A DNA stretch of 64,000 nucleotides from Bacilli bacterium (GCA_028691955.1 JAQUYH010000002.1:13012-77011); one strand, 5' to 3'. Counted from the first letter of the stretch, positions 41,024 through 51,085 are shown. Program-made: numbers and translations. The notes: a model not told the origin generated them from the letters alone.

Positions 41024-41274
41024 TCAAATATTAGAATTATACATAATAGCTTCTTTAGGAAAGCTGTTTTTACCTAACAATAGATTTTTACTTACTTTTT
41101 CTTTATATATTTCATTAGCAAAATCTCTAATAACACTAACAATTTCATCCACTAATTTTCTATCAATATTATATTTTACACATTCCTCATCAGTAATAAC
41201 GATATCCCTAAAGTGAAATTCAAAAAATTTATCTGCTAAGTTTTTTCCTTCGGCTATTTTTTTAAATTACTCAT
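41024..41274 (-). pseudogene. small gene (~84 codons) disrupted by a frameshift in an A7 homopolymer, or phase-variable, or a sequencing error
   Basis: Minus strand: SD GGGAGGA, then ATG AGT AAT TTA AAA AAA TAG (stop after 6 codons). With one extra A the frame continues as IAEGKNLADKFFEFHFRDIVITDEECVKYNIDRKLVDEIVSVIRDFANEIYKEKVSKNLLLGKNSFPKEAIMYNSNI, ending at a stop at 41024-41026. The T7 run is at 41257-41263 on the plus strand. Confidence 0.4.
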
Positions 41275-41363
41275 ATTTTATCCTCCCAAAAAAGCAGACA
41301 TAATAATACCGCTCGTCAACTTTATTATAATACAATTCTATATTTCAGCATCTTTACAAATTA

Positions 41364-42176
41364 TTATATTAAAATGTCAGCAATACATAAATAGTGGTCT
41401 GATAGATTCTCTATTTTTTCAACTCTGATTTTCTTTATTTTATCACTTATTAATATATAATCTAATTTTCTACCATCATTGTAATATTTGCCTTCCATAA
41501 TAGTAGCAGGAGTTGTAGCACCAGTTATAATATCATGCACTTTAGTGTTTATTTCAGGAATTAAATCAAATAAAACTTCTGTATTAAAATCTCCACAAGC
41601 TACTAGCGTTTCGTTATTATCAATAATTTTACAAATCAAATCAGAAAGAGGCTTATATGATTGAGGAAAATCTTCGGCCTTTTTATCAAATGGAGCAAAT
41701 GCTATTGCATGCCCAGTTATTACATTAATAACCTTTTCATTAATGTTGACTTTTGCTAAAACAATTCCTTTATCAAACGATTTGTATCTTTGGCCAGTCT
41801 TACTCATTTTTGTTAAATTCGGATTTTCAAAATATGTTTTCTGTTCATTAATTATATTATACTTAGAAAATATTGCTACCCCAACTTTGCCATTTTTAAA
41901 TAAAAAAGAAGGCGAGGTCTCATGCATAGAACAAAATTTTAATCTTGTATTATTAAAAATATAATCTTTTAACAAAAATTTTCCTTCAATCTCAACTGGA
42001 AATTCTTGAAAACAAACAATATCTAAGTCATATATATTTATTTTTTCAACAATTTGTTTAATTAAATCTGTTTCTTGATAACAATTTGGTTCCTTTACTC
42101 CATCACTTAAATTCCAAGAAGCAGAAATACCTTCGCTAACATTCCAAGTTGCAATTTTTATAATTTTTTCTTTCAT
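41364..42176 (-). CDS. endonuclease/exonuclease/phosphatase (EEP) family protein
   Basis: 270 aa. N-terminal WNV...E motif and a DIVCFQEF motif characteristic of the EEP fold. No signal peptide. Confidence 0.7.
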   Translation of the reverse strand: MKEKIIKIATWNVSEGISASWNLSDGVKEPNCYQETDLIKQIVEKINIYDLDIVCFQEFPVEIEGKFLLKDYIFNNTRLKFCSMHETSPSFLFKNGKVGVAIFSKYNIINEQKTYFENPNLTKMSKTGQRYKSFDKGIVLAKVNINEKVINVITGHAIAFAPFDKKAEDFPQSYKPLSDLICKIIDNNETLVACGDFNTEVLFDLIPEINTKVHDIITGATTPATIMEGKYYNDGRKLDYILISDKIKKIRVEKIENLSDHYLCIADILI

Positions 42177-42203
42177 AATACCACCGTTATCATTATAACA
42201 AAA

Positions 42204-42233
42204 AAACTATAAAAAATAAATTTTATAGTTTTA
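42204..42233 (-). terminator. A/U-only hairpin (11-bp stem) followed by a U-run on the minus strand, downstream of the cupin gene
   Basis: The minus-strand RNA reads AAACUAUAAAAUUUAUUUUUUAUAGUUUUUUUG. Confidence 0.4.
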
Positions 42234-42318
42234 TATTAGCAGCAAACTCACCTAAAAAATAGACAGTGTTCGCATAATCACTAATTGGCACCAGTGGTTA
42301 AGGAATTACCAAATTTTA

Positions 42319-42801
42319 TTATTCACCTTTATAATAATCAACTTTAGAATCTTTTTTATAAAAATCACTTGATACATTATGAATAATCACACCAATTTTA
42401 TTTGAATTAGGATATTCAATAATATCTGGAGAATTTGTTGTATCAAAATCTATATATTTTAATATATTGGCGTTAGATGTATTTACTATTTTATGTCCGC
42501 CATTAATACCTGGAGGAAAAACAATAATGTCTCCATTTTTAATATTTGTTTCTCCATTTATTGTTATTATCTTTCCTTCTCCTTCTATAATATAGAATGC
42601 CTCTGTATTACACATATGATAATGATATGGATATGCAGATTTCAAAGGTTCTATTTCGTAGATACAAATATGGCACTGGTTAAAATCACTTCTTTTTGTT
42701 ATTTCCTGTTTACTAAATTGATATTCGCTATTTTCTTTTTTTGGCTTTTTTGGAATTTCTTTTTCATTTAAAATAATTATTTTATCATTCATTGTAATCA
42801 T
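42319..42801 (-). CDS. cupin-domain protein
   Basis: 160 aa. HYHMCNTEAFYIIEGEG...GDIIVFPPG matches the two cupin motifs. Confidence 0.7.
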   Translation of the reverse strand: MITMNDKIIILNEKEIPKKPKKENSEYQFSKQEITKRSDFNQCHICIYEIEPLKSAYPYHYHMCNTEAFYIIEGEGKIITINGETNIKNGDIIVFPPGINGGHKIVNTSNANILKYIDFDTTNSPDIIEYPNSNKIGVIIHNVSSDFYKKDSKVDYYKGE

Positions 42802-42865
42802 CTCCTATAAAAATTATAATATAAAAAGAGGTTCCTATCAAACGGGTTCCTCTTAACATACATTA

Positions 42866-42939
42866 TGGCAGGGATGGAGAGAATCGAACTCCCAACAGTG
42901 GTTTTGGAGACCATTATTATACCATTTAACTACACCCCT
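42866..42939 (-). tRNA. tRNA-Trp (anticodon CCA)
   Basis: Reverse complement AGGGGTGTAGTTAAATGGTATAATAATGGTCTCCAAAACCACTGTTGGGAGTTCGATTCTCTCCATCCCTGCCA. Near-identical in architecture to Bacillus tRNA-Trp. The CCA anticodon, not UCA, argues for the standard code. Confidence 0.85.
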
Positions 42940-43043
42940 ATAATTAGGCACAAGAAGATTGTAGCACACCAAAAATTAAAAGTCAAAAGAATTATACTTT
43001 ATATATAAAATAAAGCATAACTTATTGTTTTTTTAAATAAATT

Positions 43044-44039
43044 TTGTTATTATTGTATATAGACGATGGAAGGAGAACAAAAATGAAGAAAATTATCGTT
43101 TTAAGTATGTGTGGATTATTATTACTTACAGGGTGTGGAAAGACAATACCTGTACTAGAAAATGGAAAAGAAGTTGTTGCTGAATTAGACGGGAAGCAAA
43201 TAACTACTGAAGAATTATATGACCAATTAAAAGAAGATGGCGGAACAACAGCAGTTGTTAACATGATTGATGAATATATAATGTCTCAAGAATTTGATGA
43301 CGAAGATGCAGCAAAATCATATGCTGATACACAATATTCATATTTAAAAGCCCAATACGAAGCTTCAGGAGAAGATTTAGATACGGCTATTCTTCAATAT
43401 TATGCTAGCGTTCAAGAATTCAAAGACATGATCATAAAAGACTACAAGAGTACTCAAGTAGCTAGAAAATACTACGAAGAAAATTTAACAGATGATGAAA
43501 TAAATGAATATTATGATGATAACATTTATGGAGCAATGACAGTTAGACATATCTTAATAATTCCTGATACTACTGATGACATGACAGATGATGAAAAAGC
43601 TGCTGCAAAAGCTACTGCTCTTACAACAGCAAAAGACCTAATTACAAAATTAAACAACGGTGCTGATTTTGCAGAACTAGCAAAAGAAAACTCTGCAGAC
43701 AGTACAGCAAGTAATGGAGGATTATTTGAAAACTTTAAAAAAGAAAACACAGATGCAGCATTCTGGCAAGCATCATACAACTTAAAAGATGGTGAATATA
43801 CTAAAACACCAGTAGAAAGTGCTTATGGATATCATGTAATATTAAAAGTAAGCTCAGAAGATAAACCTTCTCTAGAAGATTCAAAAGATACAATAGTTGA
43901 TGCATTAGTTGATGAAAAGATGGATGAAGACAACGCTGTTGATCTAGCATGGATTAAAATCAGAGAAAAATATAATTTAAACATTGTCGATTCAGACATT
44001 GAAGGCGAATACAAAGATACAATTGGTACAATACAATAA
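43044..44039 (+). CDS. prsA: foldase lipoprotein PrsA (parvulin-type peptidyl-prolyl isomerase)
   Basis: 331 aa. Lipobox LLLTGC, and a parvulin domain (MTVRHILI ... YGYHVILKV). Confidence 0.85.
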   Translation: MLLLYIDDGRRTKMKKIIVLSMCGLLLLTGCGKTIPVLENGKEVVAELDGKQITTEELYDQLKEDGGTTAVVNMIDEYIMSQEFDDEDAAKSYADTQYSYLKAQYEASGEDLDTAILQYYASVQEFKDMIIKDYKSTQVARKYYEENLTDDEINEYYDDNIYGAMTVRHILIIPDTTDDMTDDEKAAAKATALTTAKDLITKLNNGADFAELAKENSADSTASNGGLFENFKKENTDAAFWQASYNLKDGEYTKTPVESAYGYHVILKVSSEDKPSLEDSKDTIVDALVDEKMDEDNAVDLAWIKIREKYNLNIVDSDIEGEYKDTIGTIQ

Positions 44040-44069
44040 AACAAGAACTCAAAAGTTCTTGTTTTTTTC
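44039..44069. terminator. bidirectional intrinsic terminator (9-bp stem ACAAGAACU/AGUUCUUGU) between convergent prsA and recX
   Basis: ataaaACAAGAACTcaaaAGTTCTTGTttttttt. Confidence 0.7.
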
Positions 44070-44825
44070 TATAACCCCATTAATAGAAGCTGAGTCAAAG
44101 CCTTTTTGAAACAACTTCTCTTTTATTTTGCGATATAAATCATTTCCTTCAAATTTTCTAGATAACTTATTATATAACTTACTAAACTCACTATTTATAA
44201 TATCACTACTATTATCAACATAACTTTCAAATACATCAATAATCATATCTCTACTAAAGCCATTATTAACTAAAGAAATAAGTAACTTTTGTTTCAACAT
44301 ATAATTAGAATGCTTATGATTATTTTTAACCTTATTTGAAATAATTCTTTTTAACTTATCATATAAAATATTGCTATCAATTTTAGATAATTCATTCAGA
44401 ACAATATCCATAGATATACCTAAATCCAATAATTCACTTTTAATCTTATCTGGCCCATTATTTGATAAATATAATCTATCCGAAACATAGGCTTTAGCAA
44501 ATCTAACATCATCTAAAAGACCTATATCTTTTAACTTAGATAATATCTCATCCTGTTCTACTTTACTTAGTTCAGTAGATATTAAATAATCCGTTATTTG
44601 CTTAACACTTCTCATTCTATTGCTAATCATTTTAATAATCTTATTATAAATATTGTAATAATTAGTATCAGTATTAATAACTTCATACTTTTTAGAATCA
44701 ATACTCTTATCAAACAACAGTCTATTTTTAATTAGAACATCATCATAAGTTACAATACTACTATTATTATCCAACATAATCTTATATTTTCCACTAGGAA
44801 GTTTCTTAATCTTATCTATTTTCAT
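44049..44825 (-). CDS. recX: regulatory protein RecX
   Basis: 258 aa all-helical three-repeat protein. LDDVRFAKAYVSDRLYLSNNGPDKIKSELLDLGI fits the RecX repeat signature. Confidence 0.6.
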   Translation of the reverse strand: MKIDKIKKLPSGKYKIMLDNNSSIVTYDDVLIKNRLLFDKSIDSKKYEVINTDTNYYNIYNKIIKMISNRMRSVKQITDYLISTELSKVEQDEILSKLKDIGLLDDVRFAKAYVSDRLYLSNNGPDKIKSELLDLGISMDIVLNELSKIDSNILYDKLKRIISNKVKNNHKHSNYMLKQKLLISLVNNGFSRDMIIDVFESYVDNSSDIINSEFSKLYNKLSRKFEGNDLYRKIKEKLFQKGFDSASINGVIEKNKNF

Positions 44826-44883
44826 AAATCAACTCCTTAGCATAATTATAAAGCAAAAACATTTGTTTGTAAATAAAAAACAA

Positions 44884-45090
44884 CTATTTAGTTTCAGTTG
44901 TTTTTTCTTCTTTACTAATAACTTCTTTTCCTTTGTATGTTCCACATTTTGGACATACACGATGTGGTCTAACATCAGCTCCACATTTTGGGCATTTTGT
45001 TGTTCCATTCTCAGAAATTTTGTAATGAGTTCTTCTCATTCTTCCGCTAGTTTTACTAACTTTTCTAAATGGTACTGCCACAAGCCTCAC
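44884..45090 (-). CDS. rpmF: 50S ribosomal protein L32
   Basis: [20 protein letters not shown]...CPKCG...[12 protein letters not shown]n-ribbon L32. The likely true start is the GTG at 45079-45081, after SD GAGGTGA. Confidence 0.9.
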   Translation of the reverse strand: MRLVAVPFRKVSKTSGRMRRTHYKISENGTTKCPKCGADVRPHRVCPKCGTYKGKEVISKEEKTTETK

Positions 45091-45097
45091 CTCTTTC

Positions 45098-45577
45098 TTA
45101 TTTTAACAAATCTTGAAGTTGACTAAGAGGAGTATTACTTGCTTCCTCTGTGACAAATTGCCATCCTTCACCTTTTAAAGCAGAAGTATCAATATCATCA
45201 CTAACAACTTTTAATGGGATTTCCAGTAATATATTTTCCCACACAATAGGGAAAATATCAAGTATATTTTCAACATTTTCTATATTTTCATCAATTTCTT
45301 TTAAAAATTCCAATAAGCTTCCACTAACATTAGTACTAAAACTATAATTAGTAGGTTTTAAACTTATAGAGCAAGGAATAACCATTACCCCATCAATATT
45401 TATATCAATATTAGCATCTCCCAATGTACTTTTACTAACACTTCCTTTAATACTTACATTATTCAAACTTAATAAATCAGTTCCAGCAAGATCTTCTTTA
45501 CTAAAAGAATAATTAATATCTATAGGTACAACCTCATCTATTCCACTAAATAATCTTGTTAAATCAATGTTCATCAT
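45098..45577 (-). CDS. YceD/YlbN (DUF177) family protein
   Basis: 159 aa acidic protein immediately upstream of rpmF, the conserved yceD-rpmF pair. It lacks the C-terminal CxxC pairs seen in many DUF177 members. Confidence 0.55.
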   Translation of the reverse strand: MMNIDLTRLFSGIDEVVPIDINYSFSKEDLAGTDLLSLNNVSIKGSVSKSTLGDANIDINIDGVMVIPCSISLKPTNYSFSTNVSGSLLEFLKEIDENIENVENILDIFPIVWENILLEIPLKVVSDDIDTSALKGEGWQFVTEEASNTPLSQLQDLLK

Positions 45578-45588
45578 TAATAATCCTC

Positions 45589-47340
45589 CTATTCATCATT
45601 ATCACCTATACTACTAAGTAAATCAATAACAGCTTGTTTTAAATTAGAAGATGACTCTGTTGCCCCGCCTATTGTATCTAATGCAACTAAATCATATTGG
45701 TTATCTATAATTTGATTCAAATAATCATTATTATATATTTCATCAAACCTAGAATCATTTTGCTCTATAACATCAATATTAACTATAATGCCATCGCTTA
45801 CTAAAACAGCTAAACGTAAATCTCCACCATAACTATTTTTTTTAACATTATATATAGTTCCATAAGCAGTTTCCTCAGTGCTTTCAATAACAAAATCAGT
45901 TTCTTCATCAGTTACTTTACTATAATTATATCCTTCACCATTAGTATAATCATTTATTACATTTATAAGTAAATTTTTAATAGCTTGTGACGATATTGTT
46001 GCTCCTGCCACAGTATCTACATCATTTAAGTTAGCCTGATTCTCTACCAAGTCATTAACAAAATCAGTTTGTTTTACTCTTGGATAAAAATTGTCATCAT
46101 CTTCTAATATAGTATAACTTACAACTTCAGTAGAATTAAGTTTAATTTCAGCTTTAATAACGCTTGAGTATCCACTAACTTCCACAACATAAGTAGTAAT
46201 TTCATTACTAGTTTCTTTAGATAAAACAGTAAGTTTTTCTAAATCATTATCAAAACTATTTCCAATATATAAAGTCGTAATTGATAACAAACCAATTAAA
46301 CTAACAATTGGTATTACAGTATATATTCTTTTAAATCTAGACTTAAAGCCGATTCTATCTAATATAAAAACCAACATATTCATAATTAAAATGCTAACCA
46401 AAATGCCCTCTGGAAAAGGTGTCAAATATCTAATAATAACAGTTAAAATACCCAAAGAAACACCATATATAATCTGACCTACCCTAGTAACCGGACTAGT
46501 AACAGGATCTGTTGCCATAAATACGGCTCCAAACATCAAACCACCAGATAATACTTGAAACAAAGGATACCAAATTCCCAAGCCATTAATAAAGCCAATA
46601 GCAAAAGTACTAATAAATACAGTAGATATATATAAAACAGGAATAATAGGCTTTATAACCTTTTTGACCGTTAAGAATATAAATCCTAATATACATAACA
46701 AAGCACTAGTTTCACCCATACTGCCAGGAATAGATCCTAAAAAGAAATCCCATAAATTGCCATATGGCTTAACTAAAGCCGTATAACTACCTATACCATT
46801 AACCACATTAGATAAAGGTGTAGCCCCCGCTAAAGAATCTATTTCAGAGGGGTTTAAATATCCACCACTATTTGTAAGATTTAAAGCAGACAATATTACT
46901 ACAAATAGCATTCCAACTAAAGCTGGATTTAAAATATTACGACCAAATCCACCAAATATCATTTTACCAACAATAGTTGCAAAAATACTTCCAAGAATTA
47001 AAACACTTATTGGTGTATTCATAGATAAAATTAAGCCCAAAAATAAACCTGGAAAAATACTAAATGAAGATTTAACGCTTATTAATAATTCTCTTCCTCT
47101 TTTTTTAAGAACAAATAAGTGCCATAATAATTCAGTTAAATAACTAGTAAAAGCCGGAATAATTATAAACATTAAAGGATAAAATAATCCCGTAATATTA
47201 GTCTTATTTTGAGCATAGGGAATATATCCATTTTTATAAAAAGAGAATAAAATAATTGGAATAAGCGCTAAAAGAAGATTATTCATCATCTTATATGTAG
47301 AATTATCATCTTTTATATAAGTTCCTTTAAGTTCTTTCAT
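45589..47340 (-). CDS. RnfD/NqrB-like membrane subunit fused to two C-terminal FMN_bind (RnfG/NqrC/PplA-like) domains
   Basis: 583 aa. RnfD motifs IFGGFGRNILNPALVG, SLAGATPLS (FMN-attachment Thr) and FMATDPVTSP. After a final TM helix there are two FMN_bind signatures, DTVAGATISSQAIKNLL and DTIGGATESSSNLKQAV. Confidence 0.75.
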   Translation of the reverse strand: MKELKGTYIKDDNSTYKMMNNLLLALIPIILFSFYKNGYIPYAQNKTNITGLFYPLMFIIIPAFTSYLTELLWHLFVLKKRGRELLISVKSSFSIFPGLFLGLILSMNTPISVLILGSIFATIVGKMIFGGFGRNILNPALVGMLFVVILSALNLTNSGGYLNPSEIDSLAGATPLSNVVNGIGSYTALVKPYGNLWDFFLGSIPGSMGETSALLCILGFIFLTVKKVIKPIIPVLYISTVFISTFAIGFINGLGIWYPLFQVLSGGLMFGAVFMATDPVTSPVTRVGQIIYGVSLGILTVIIRYLTPFPEGILVSILIMNMLVFILDRIGFKSRFKRIYTVIPIVSLIGLLSITTLYIGNSFDNDLEKLTVLSKETSNEITTYVVEVSGYSSVIKAEIKLNSTEVVSYTILEDDDNFYPRVKQTDFVNDLVENQANLNDVDTVAGATISSQAIKNLLINVINDYTNGEGYNYSKVTDEETDFVIESTEETAYGTIYNVKKNSYGGDLRLAVLVSDGIIVNIDVIEQNDSRFDEIYNNDYLNQIIDNQYDLVALDTIGGATESSSNLKQAVIDLLSSIGDNDE

Positions 47341-48599
47341 ACTTCTTCACCCCTTTTAATTTTATCCTTAGCTTCCTTTACATATTCTCTAATAGGAAGC
47401 TTAGCAGGGCAAATATAAGAGCAAAGGCCACATTCCATACAACGATCAGCTTGAAGCTCTTTAAGTCTTTCCATATTATTCAAACTATTTTTAATTAAAA
47501 CTGGAGTAAGTTTAACAGGACAAACATCAACACATTTACCACATTTCATGCATTCAGTTCCTCTTTCAAACTGTTTATCCATAATCAAAACACAAGTTAA
47601 ATTAGAAGTTATAACTAAATCATTATCAGATAAAGTCCCCATCATAGGACCGCCAGCAATTAAATTAAAATCTTTTAATTTCTCTTTACCTAACATTTCT
47701 TTAATAACATCAGTAGCTGTTGAACCAACTTTAACCAAAATATTTTTAGGCTTCTTTACAATATTTCCAGTAAAAGTTACTACCCTCTCAGTTAAAGGTT
47801 TATTATATTTTAAAGCCTCATATATAGCAAAAATTGTAGAGACATTATTTACAACAATATTCTTTTCCGTTGGAAACTTATCATAACTAGTATTATATAT
47901 TTCCTTTATTAAACTTCTTTCCCAGCCTATAGGATATAAATTAGGAACTTCTTTAATTTTAATTTTAAGATACGTTCCGATATAATTATTTAAAACTTTC
48001 AATAGCTCAATATTGGTTTTTTTAACAGCAATAAAGGCTTCATCTATTTTATTTATATCCATAATCATGTCTATTGCTTCAAGAATTTCTTCCGTATGTT
48101 CCTTAAGTAAAACATAATCAGCCGTAATATATGGTTCACACTCCACAGCATTAATTAAAAGCTTATTTATTTTTTCCGTACTATATTTAATATAAGTAGG
48201 AAAACCTGCTCCTCCCATACCTAAAATAGAATTATCTTGTAAAATATTTAAAAAAGTCTTTTTATCAATTTTATTAACAACTTTATTTTCAATAGACTTT
48301 TCTTTAAAATCATTTTCTATTTTAACACATTTTACTTCTTCGCCATTTAAATATGGCATATTTACAAAATCTATAACAGTACCACTTACTGTAGAAATAA
48401 TAGGAAACTTAATTTTTCCTTTTCTTTTTCCAACATGCGCTCCTTTTAAAACATAATCACCTTTTTTTACTAAAACAGTTATGTCAACATCATTACAATT
48501 TATTAACGGTATATATACATATTTAGGTTTATTATAAATAGATATTAATTTATCTTTTGCTGCTTTTTTATAACCACTTAACTTCAATCCTATAGACAC
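47337..48599 (-). CDS. rnfC: RnfC-like NADH-binding subunit (two 4Fe-4S ferredoxin motifs)
   Basis: 420 aa. GMGGAGFPT nucleotide-binding loop, CMKCGKCVDVCP and CMECGLCSYICP clusters. 4-nt overlap with the RnfD-fusion gene. Confidence 0.85.
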   Translation of the reverse strand: MSIGLKLSGYKKAAKDKLISIYNKPKYVYIPLINCNDVDITVLVKKGDYVLKGAHVGKRKGKIKFPIISTVSGTVIDFVNMPYLNGEEVKCVKIENDFKEKSIENKVVNKIDKKTFLNILQDNSILGMGGAGFPTYIKYSTEKINKLLINAVECEPYITADYVLLKEHTEEILEAIDMIMDINKIDEAFIAVKKTNIELLKVLNNYIGTYLKIKIKEVPNLYPIGWERSLIKEIYNTSYDKFPTEKNIVVNNVSTIFAIYEALKYNKPLTERVVTFTGNIVKKPKNILVKVGSTATDVIKEMLGKEKLKDFNLIAGGPMMGTLSDNDLVITSNLTCVLIMDKQFERGTECMKCGKCVDVCPVKLTPVLIKNSLNNMERLKELQADRCMECGLCSYICPAKLPIREYVKEAKDKIKRGEEV

Positions 48600-48702
48600 A
48601 TTAATTCACTCTACTTTCCTTACAAAGATTATAACATTTTTATTATAAACTTTAAACCCTTTATTTAACTATAAAATAAAAAGCACTATAAAAGTGCTTA
48701 AA

Positions 48703-49008
48703 CTATTTTTTTCTTCTCATAAATACTTTGACAGTATAATACAAAAATAATGCCATTATTGCAATAAATGCCCAAGATAAAATATCATTAATAATTCCTG
48801 AAGAGTGTCTATTAATTATAGATAAAATACTACTTGGAAAATAATTACTAATAAAACTAGAAATTTCTTTGACATTAATATTATATCTAACAAAATCAAG
48901 TATTCTTAAAAGAATATCAATCATTGCTACTCCATAAACAAAACTAGTAAATCTCTTAAAAAACATAATAATAAAAAATAAAATAAAAACTAAAATAACT
49001 GCTTCCAT
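48703..49008 (-). CDS. small two-TM membrane protein, unknown function
   Basis: 101 aa with two hydrophobic helices. Confidence 0.35.
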   Translation of the reverse strand: MEAVILVFILFFIIMFFKRFTSFVYGVAMIDILLRILDFVRYNINVKEISSFISNYFPSSILSIINRHSSGIINDILSWAFIAIMALFLYYTVKVFMRRKK

Positions 49009-49011
49009 ATA

Positions 49012-49575
49012 TCACACATCCTCTTTATATTTTGAATTAAAAATATCAACTTCATCTTCTTCTTTTGATTCTATTTCTACAATCGGTAAATCTTCTTTCG
49101 ATTTCAAACCAAAATAATCCAAAAATTTACTCGTCGTTTTGTAAAGTATCGGCCTTCCAGGGATATCTAACCTACCATCTTCACAAACAAAATCTCTAAG
49201 CAATAATCTTCTAATAACATAAGAAGAATCAACTCCTCTTATCTCATCTACTTGACTTCTTGTTACTGGCTCATTATAAGCAATTATAGCCAGAGTTTCC
49301 AAAAAAGATTGGCTTAATTCCTTAGCTTCAACATTATTAACTAGCTTAGTATAATAGCCATAATGAATAGCCCTCGTTACAAGCTTATATTTAGACCCTA
49401 AGCACTCAATTGTAACAGCCCTATCGTTATCATCATAAAAAGTTTTTAGCTCTCTAATAAGCTTTAAACTGTCCTCTTTGCTCTTATCCAAAATATTCAT
49501 AATTTCTTCTAGCTCAATGCCATCATCACCTACTAAAAAAAGTAAACCCTCTAATACTTTATCCATTATAATCAC
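49012..49575 (-). CDS. scpB: segregation and condensation protein B
   Basis: 187 aa. LEGLLFLVGDDGIELEEI winged-helix ScpB signature. Confidence 0.85.
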   Translation of the reverse strand: MIIMDKVLEGLLFLVGDDGIELEEIMNILDKSKEDSLKLIRELKTFYDDNDRAVTIECLGSKYKLVTRAIHYGYYTKLVNNVEAKELSQSFLETLAIIAYNEPVTRSQVDEIRGVDSSYVIRRLLLRDFVCEDGRLDIPGRPILYKTTSKFLDYFGLKSKEDLPIVEIESKEEDEVDIFNSKYKEDV

Positions 49576-50275
49576 CTTTATTAACTAAAAATATATCTTT
49601 AAAATTATTTTCCTGTATAATTTTAATTTCCTGCTTTTTTGATAAATCCAAAATTGATAAAAAAGTTATTATTATATAACCTCTGTCAAACTTATCAAAC
49701 AACTCTTTGAATTCAACTTTTTTTCTCTTTCTAATAATACTTCCTATTTCCTTATTTCTTTCTGTTAAAGAATACTCTTTAATAGCTACCTTAGTATCAA
49801 TTGGCTTATCTAATTCTTGTCTTTTAATAAAATTATTAAAAGCCTCAATTAATACATCAACACACTCTGTTTTATCGTGACTCTCAATTTCAAAAGGAGA
49901 TAAATCAGATATATCTTTAGAAAAGTACTTTTTTCTTTCATCTTCTAATAACTTTAATTCATCAGTTATTTCTTTATAATTCCTATATTCTATCAATCTT
50001 TTAATTAACTCTTCACGAGGATTTTCCTCTTCTTCATTATTTACTTGAACAGGTAATAATACATATGATTTCATCTCTATTAACTCTGCTGCCATAACCA
50101 AATATTCACTAGTAACATCTAAATCAAGTGTTTCCATTTTATTTATATAATTCAAATATTGTTCAGTAATTTTCTCAATGTTAATGTCTTCAATTTTAAC
50201 ATTATCTTTCTTTAAAAGATGAAGAAGTAAATCTAATGGACCGCTAAAATTATCAATTGTTATAATATATTCCAC
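49559..50275 (-). CDS. scpA: segregation and condensation protein A
   Basis: 238 aa. FSGPLDLLLHLLKKDNVKIEDINI ScpA N-terminus. Overlaps scpB. Confidence 0.85.
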   Translation of the reverse strand: MEYIITIDNFSGPLDLLLHLLKKDNVKIEDINIEKITEQYLNYINKMETLDLDVTSEYLVMAAELIEMKSYVLLPVQVNNEEEENPREELIKRLIEYRNYKEITDELKLLEDERKKYFSKDISDLSPFEIESHDKTECVDVLIEAFNNFIKRQELDKPIDTKVAIKEYSLTERNKEIGSIIRKRKKVEFKELFDKFDRGYIIITFLSILDLSKKQEIKIIQENNFKDIFLVNKGDYNG

Positions 50276-50332
50276 TAAATCACTTCCTTACAATAACATC
50301 TAACTAATTATACCAAAAAAAAAGATAAAAAT

Positions 50333-51085
50333 CTATTTATTTATCTTTTCTATATTCTTTCCAATTCCCTCTAAAGCTCTTAAAACTTCAATTGGAATAG
50401 CAAATATAACAGTATTAGATTGATCAGAACTTAAATCATTTAAAGTAGCAAGTGTACGTAAATGTAAAGCTCCTGGAGCAGCACCCATAACAGTAGCCGC
50501 TTTAGCTAAATTTTCAGCAGCCTCAGATTCTCCTTTAGCTTTTGTAATAACAGCCATTTTCTCTCTTTCGGCCTCTGCTGCTTTAGCAATTACTCTCTTC
50601 ATTTCCTCAGGTAAAGAAACATCTTTAAGTTCAACATTCTCTACTTTTATTCCCCAAGAATCTGTTGCCTTATCAATAACATCGCAAATCTCTGAACTAA
50701 TTTTTTCTCTTTCACTTAATAACTCATCTAAAGTAACTGAACCAACAATATTTCTCATTGTTGTTTGAGCTAATTGGCTTACTGCATAATAAAAGTTTTC
50801 TACTTGACATATAGCCTTTTCAGCGTCAAAAACTTTGTAATAAATTACAGCATTAATTTTAATTGAAACATTATCCTTTGTTATTGTTTCCTGTTCTGGA
50901 ACATCTACTGCTTTAGTTCTAATATCTACTTTTCTATAAGATTGAACTATTGGCAAAACAATTCTCCAACCTGGGTTTAATATCTTTGAAAATTTACCAA
51001 ATGTAAAAAGTAACCCTCTTTCAAATTCATTAATTTGTCTTACTGATATCATTAAAATAAAAACTACAACTATTAAATAATACAT
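50333..51085 (-). CDS. SPFH/band-7 (stomatin/prohibitin-like) membrane protein
   Basis: 250 aa. N-terminal TM, SPFH domain and a C-terminal coiled coil (AEAEREKMAVITKAKGESEAAENLAKAA). Confidence 0.8.
   Translation of the reverse strand: MYYLIVVVFILMISVRQINEFERGLLFTFGKFSKILNPGWRIVLPIVQSYRKVDIRTKAVDVPEQETITKDNVSIKINAVIYYKVFDAEKAICQVENFYYAVSQLAQTTMRNIVGSVTLDELLSEREKISSEICDVIDKATDSWGIKVENVELKDVSLPEEMKRVIAKAAEAEREKMAVITKAKGESEAAENLAKAATVMGAAPGALHLRTLATLNDLSSDQSNTVIFAIPIEVLRALEGIGKNIEKINK

Noticed and set aside
43022-43264. 80-aa minus-strand ORF overlapping the prsA start
   Set aside because: Overlaps the well-supported prsA lipoprotein gene on the opposite strand, and has no SD.
44863-45126. 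87-aa plus-strand ORF across rpmF/yceD
   Set aside because: Antisense to rpmF (L32), and the translation is Phe/Ser-rich junk.
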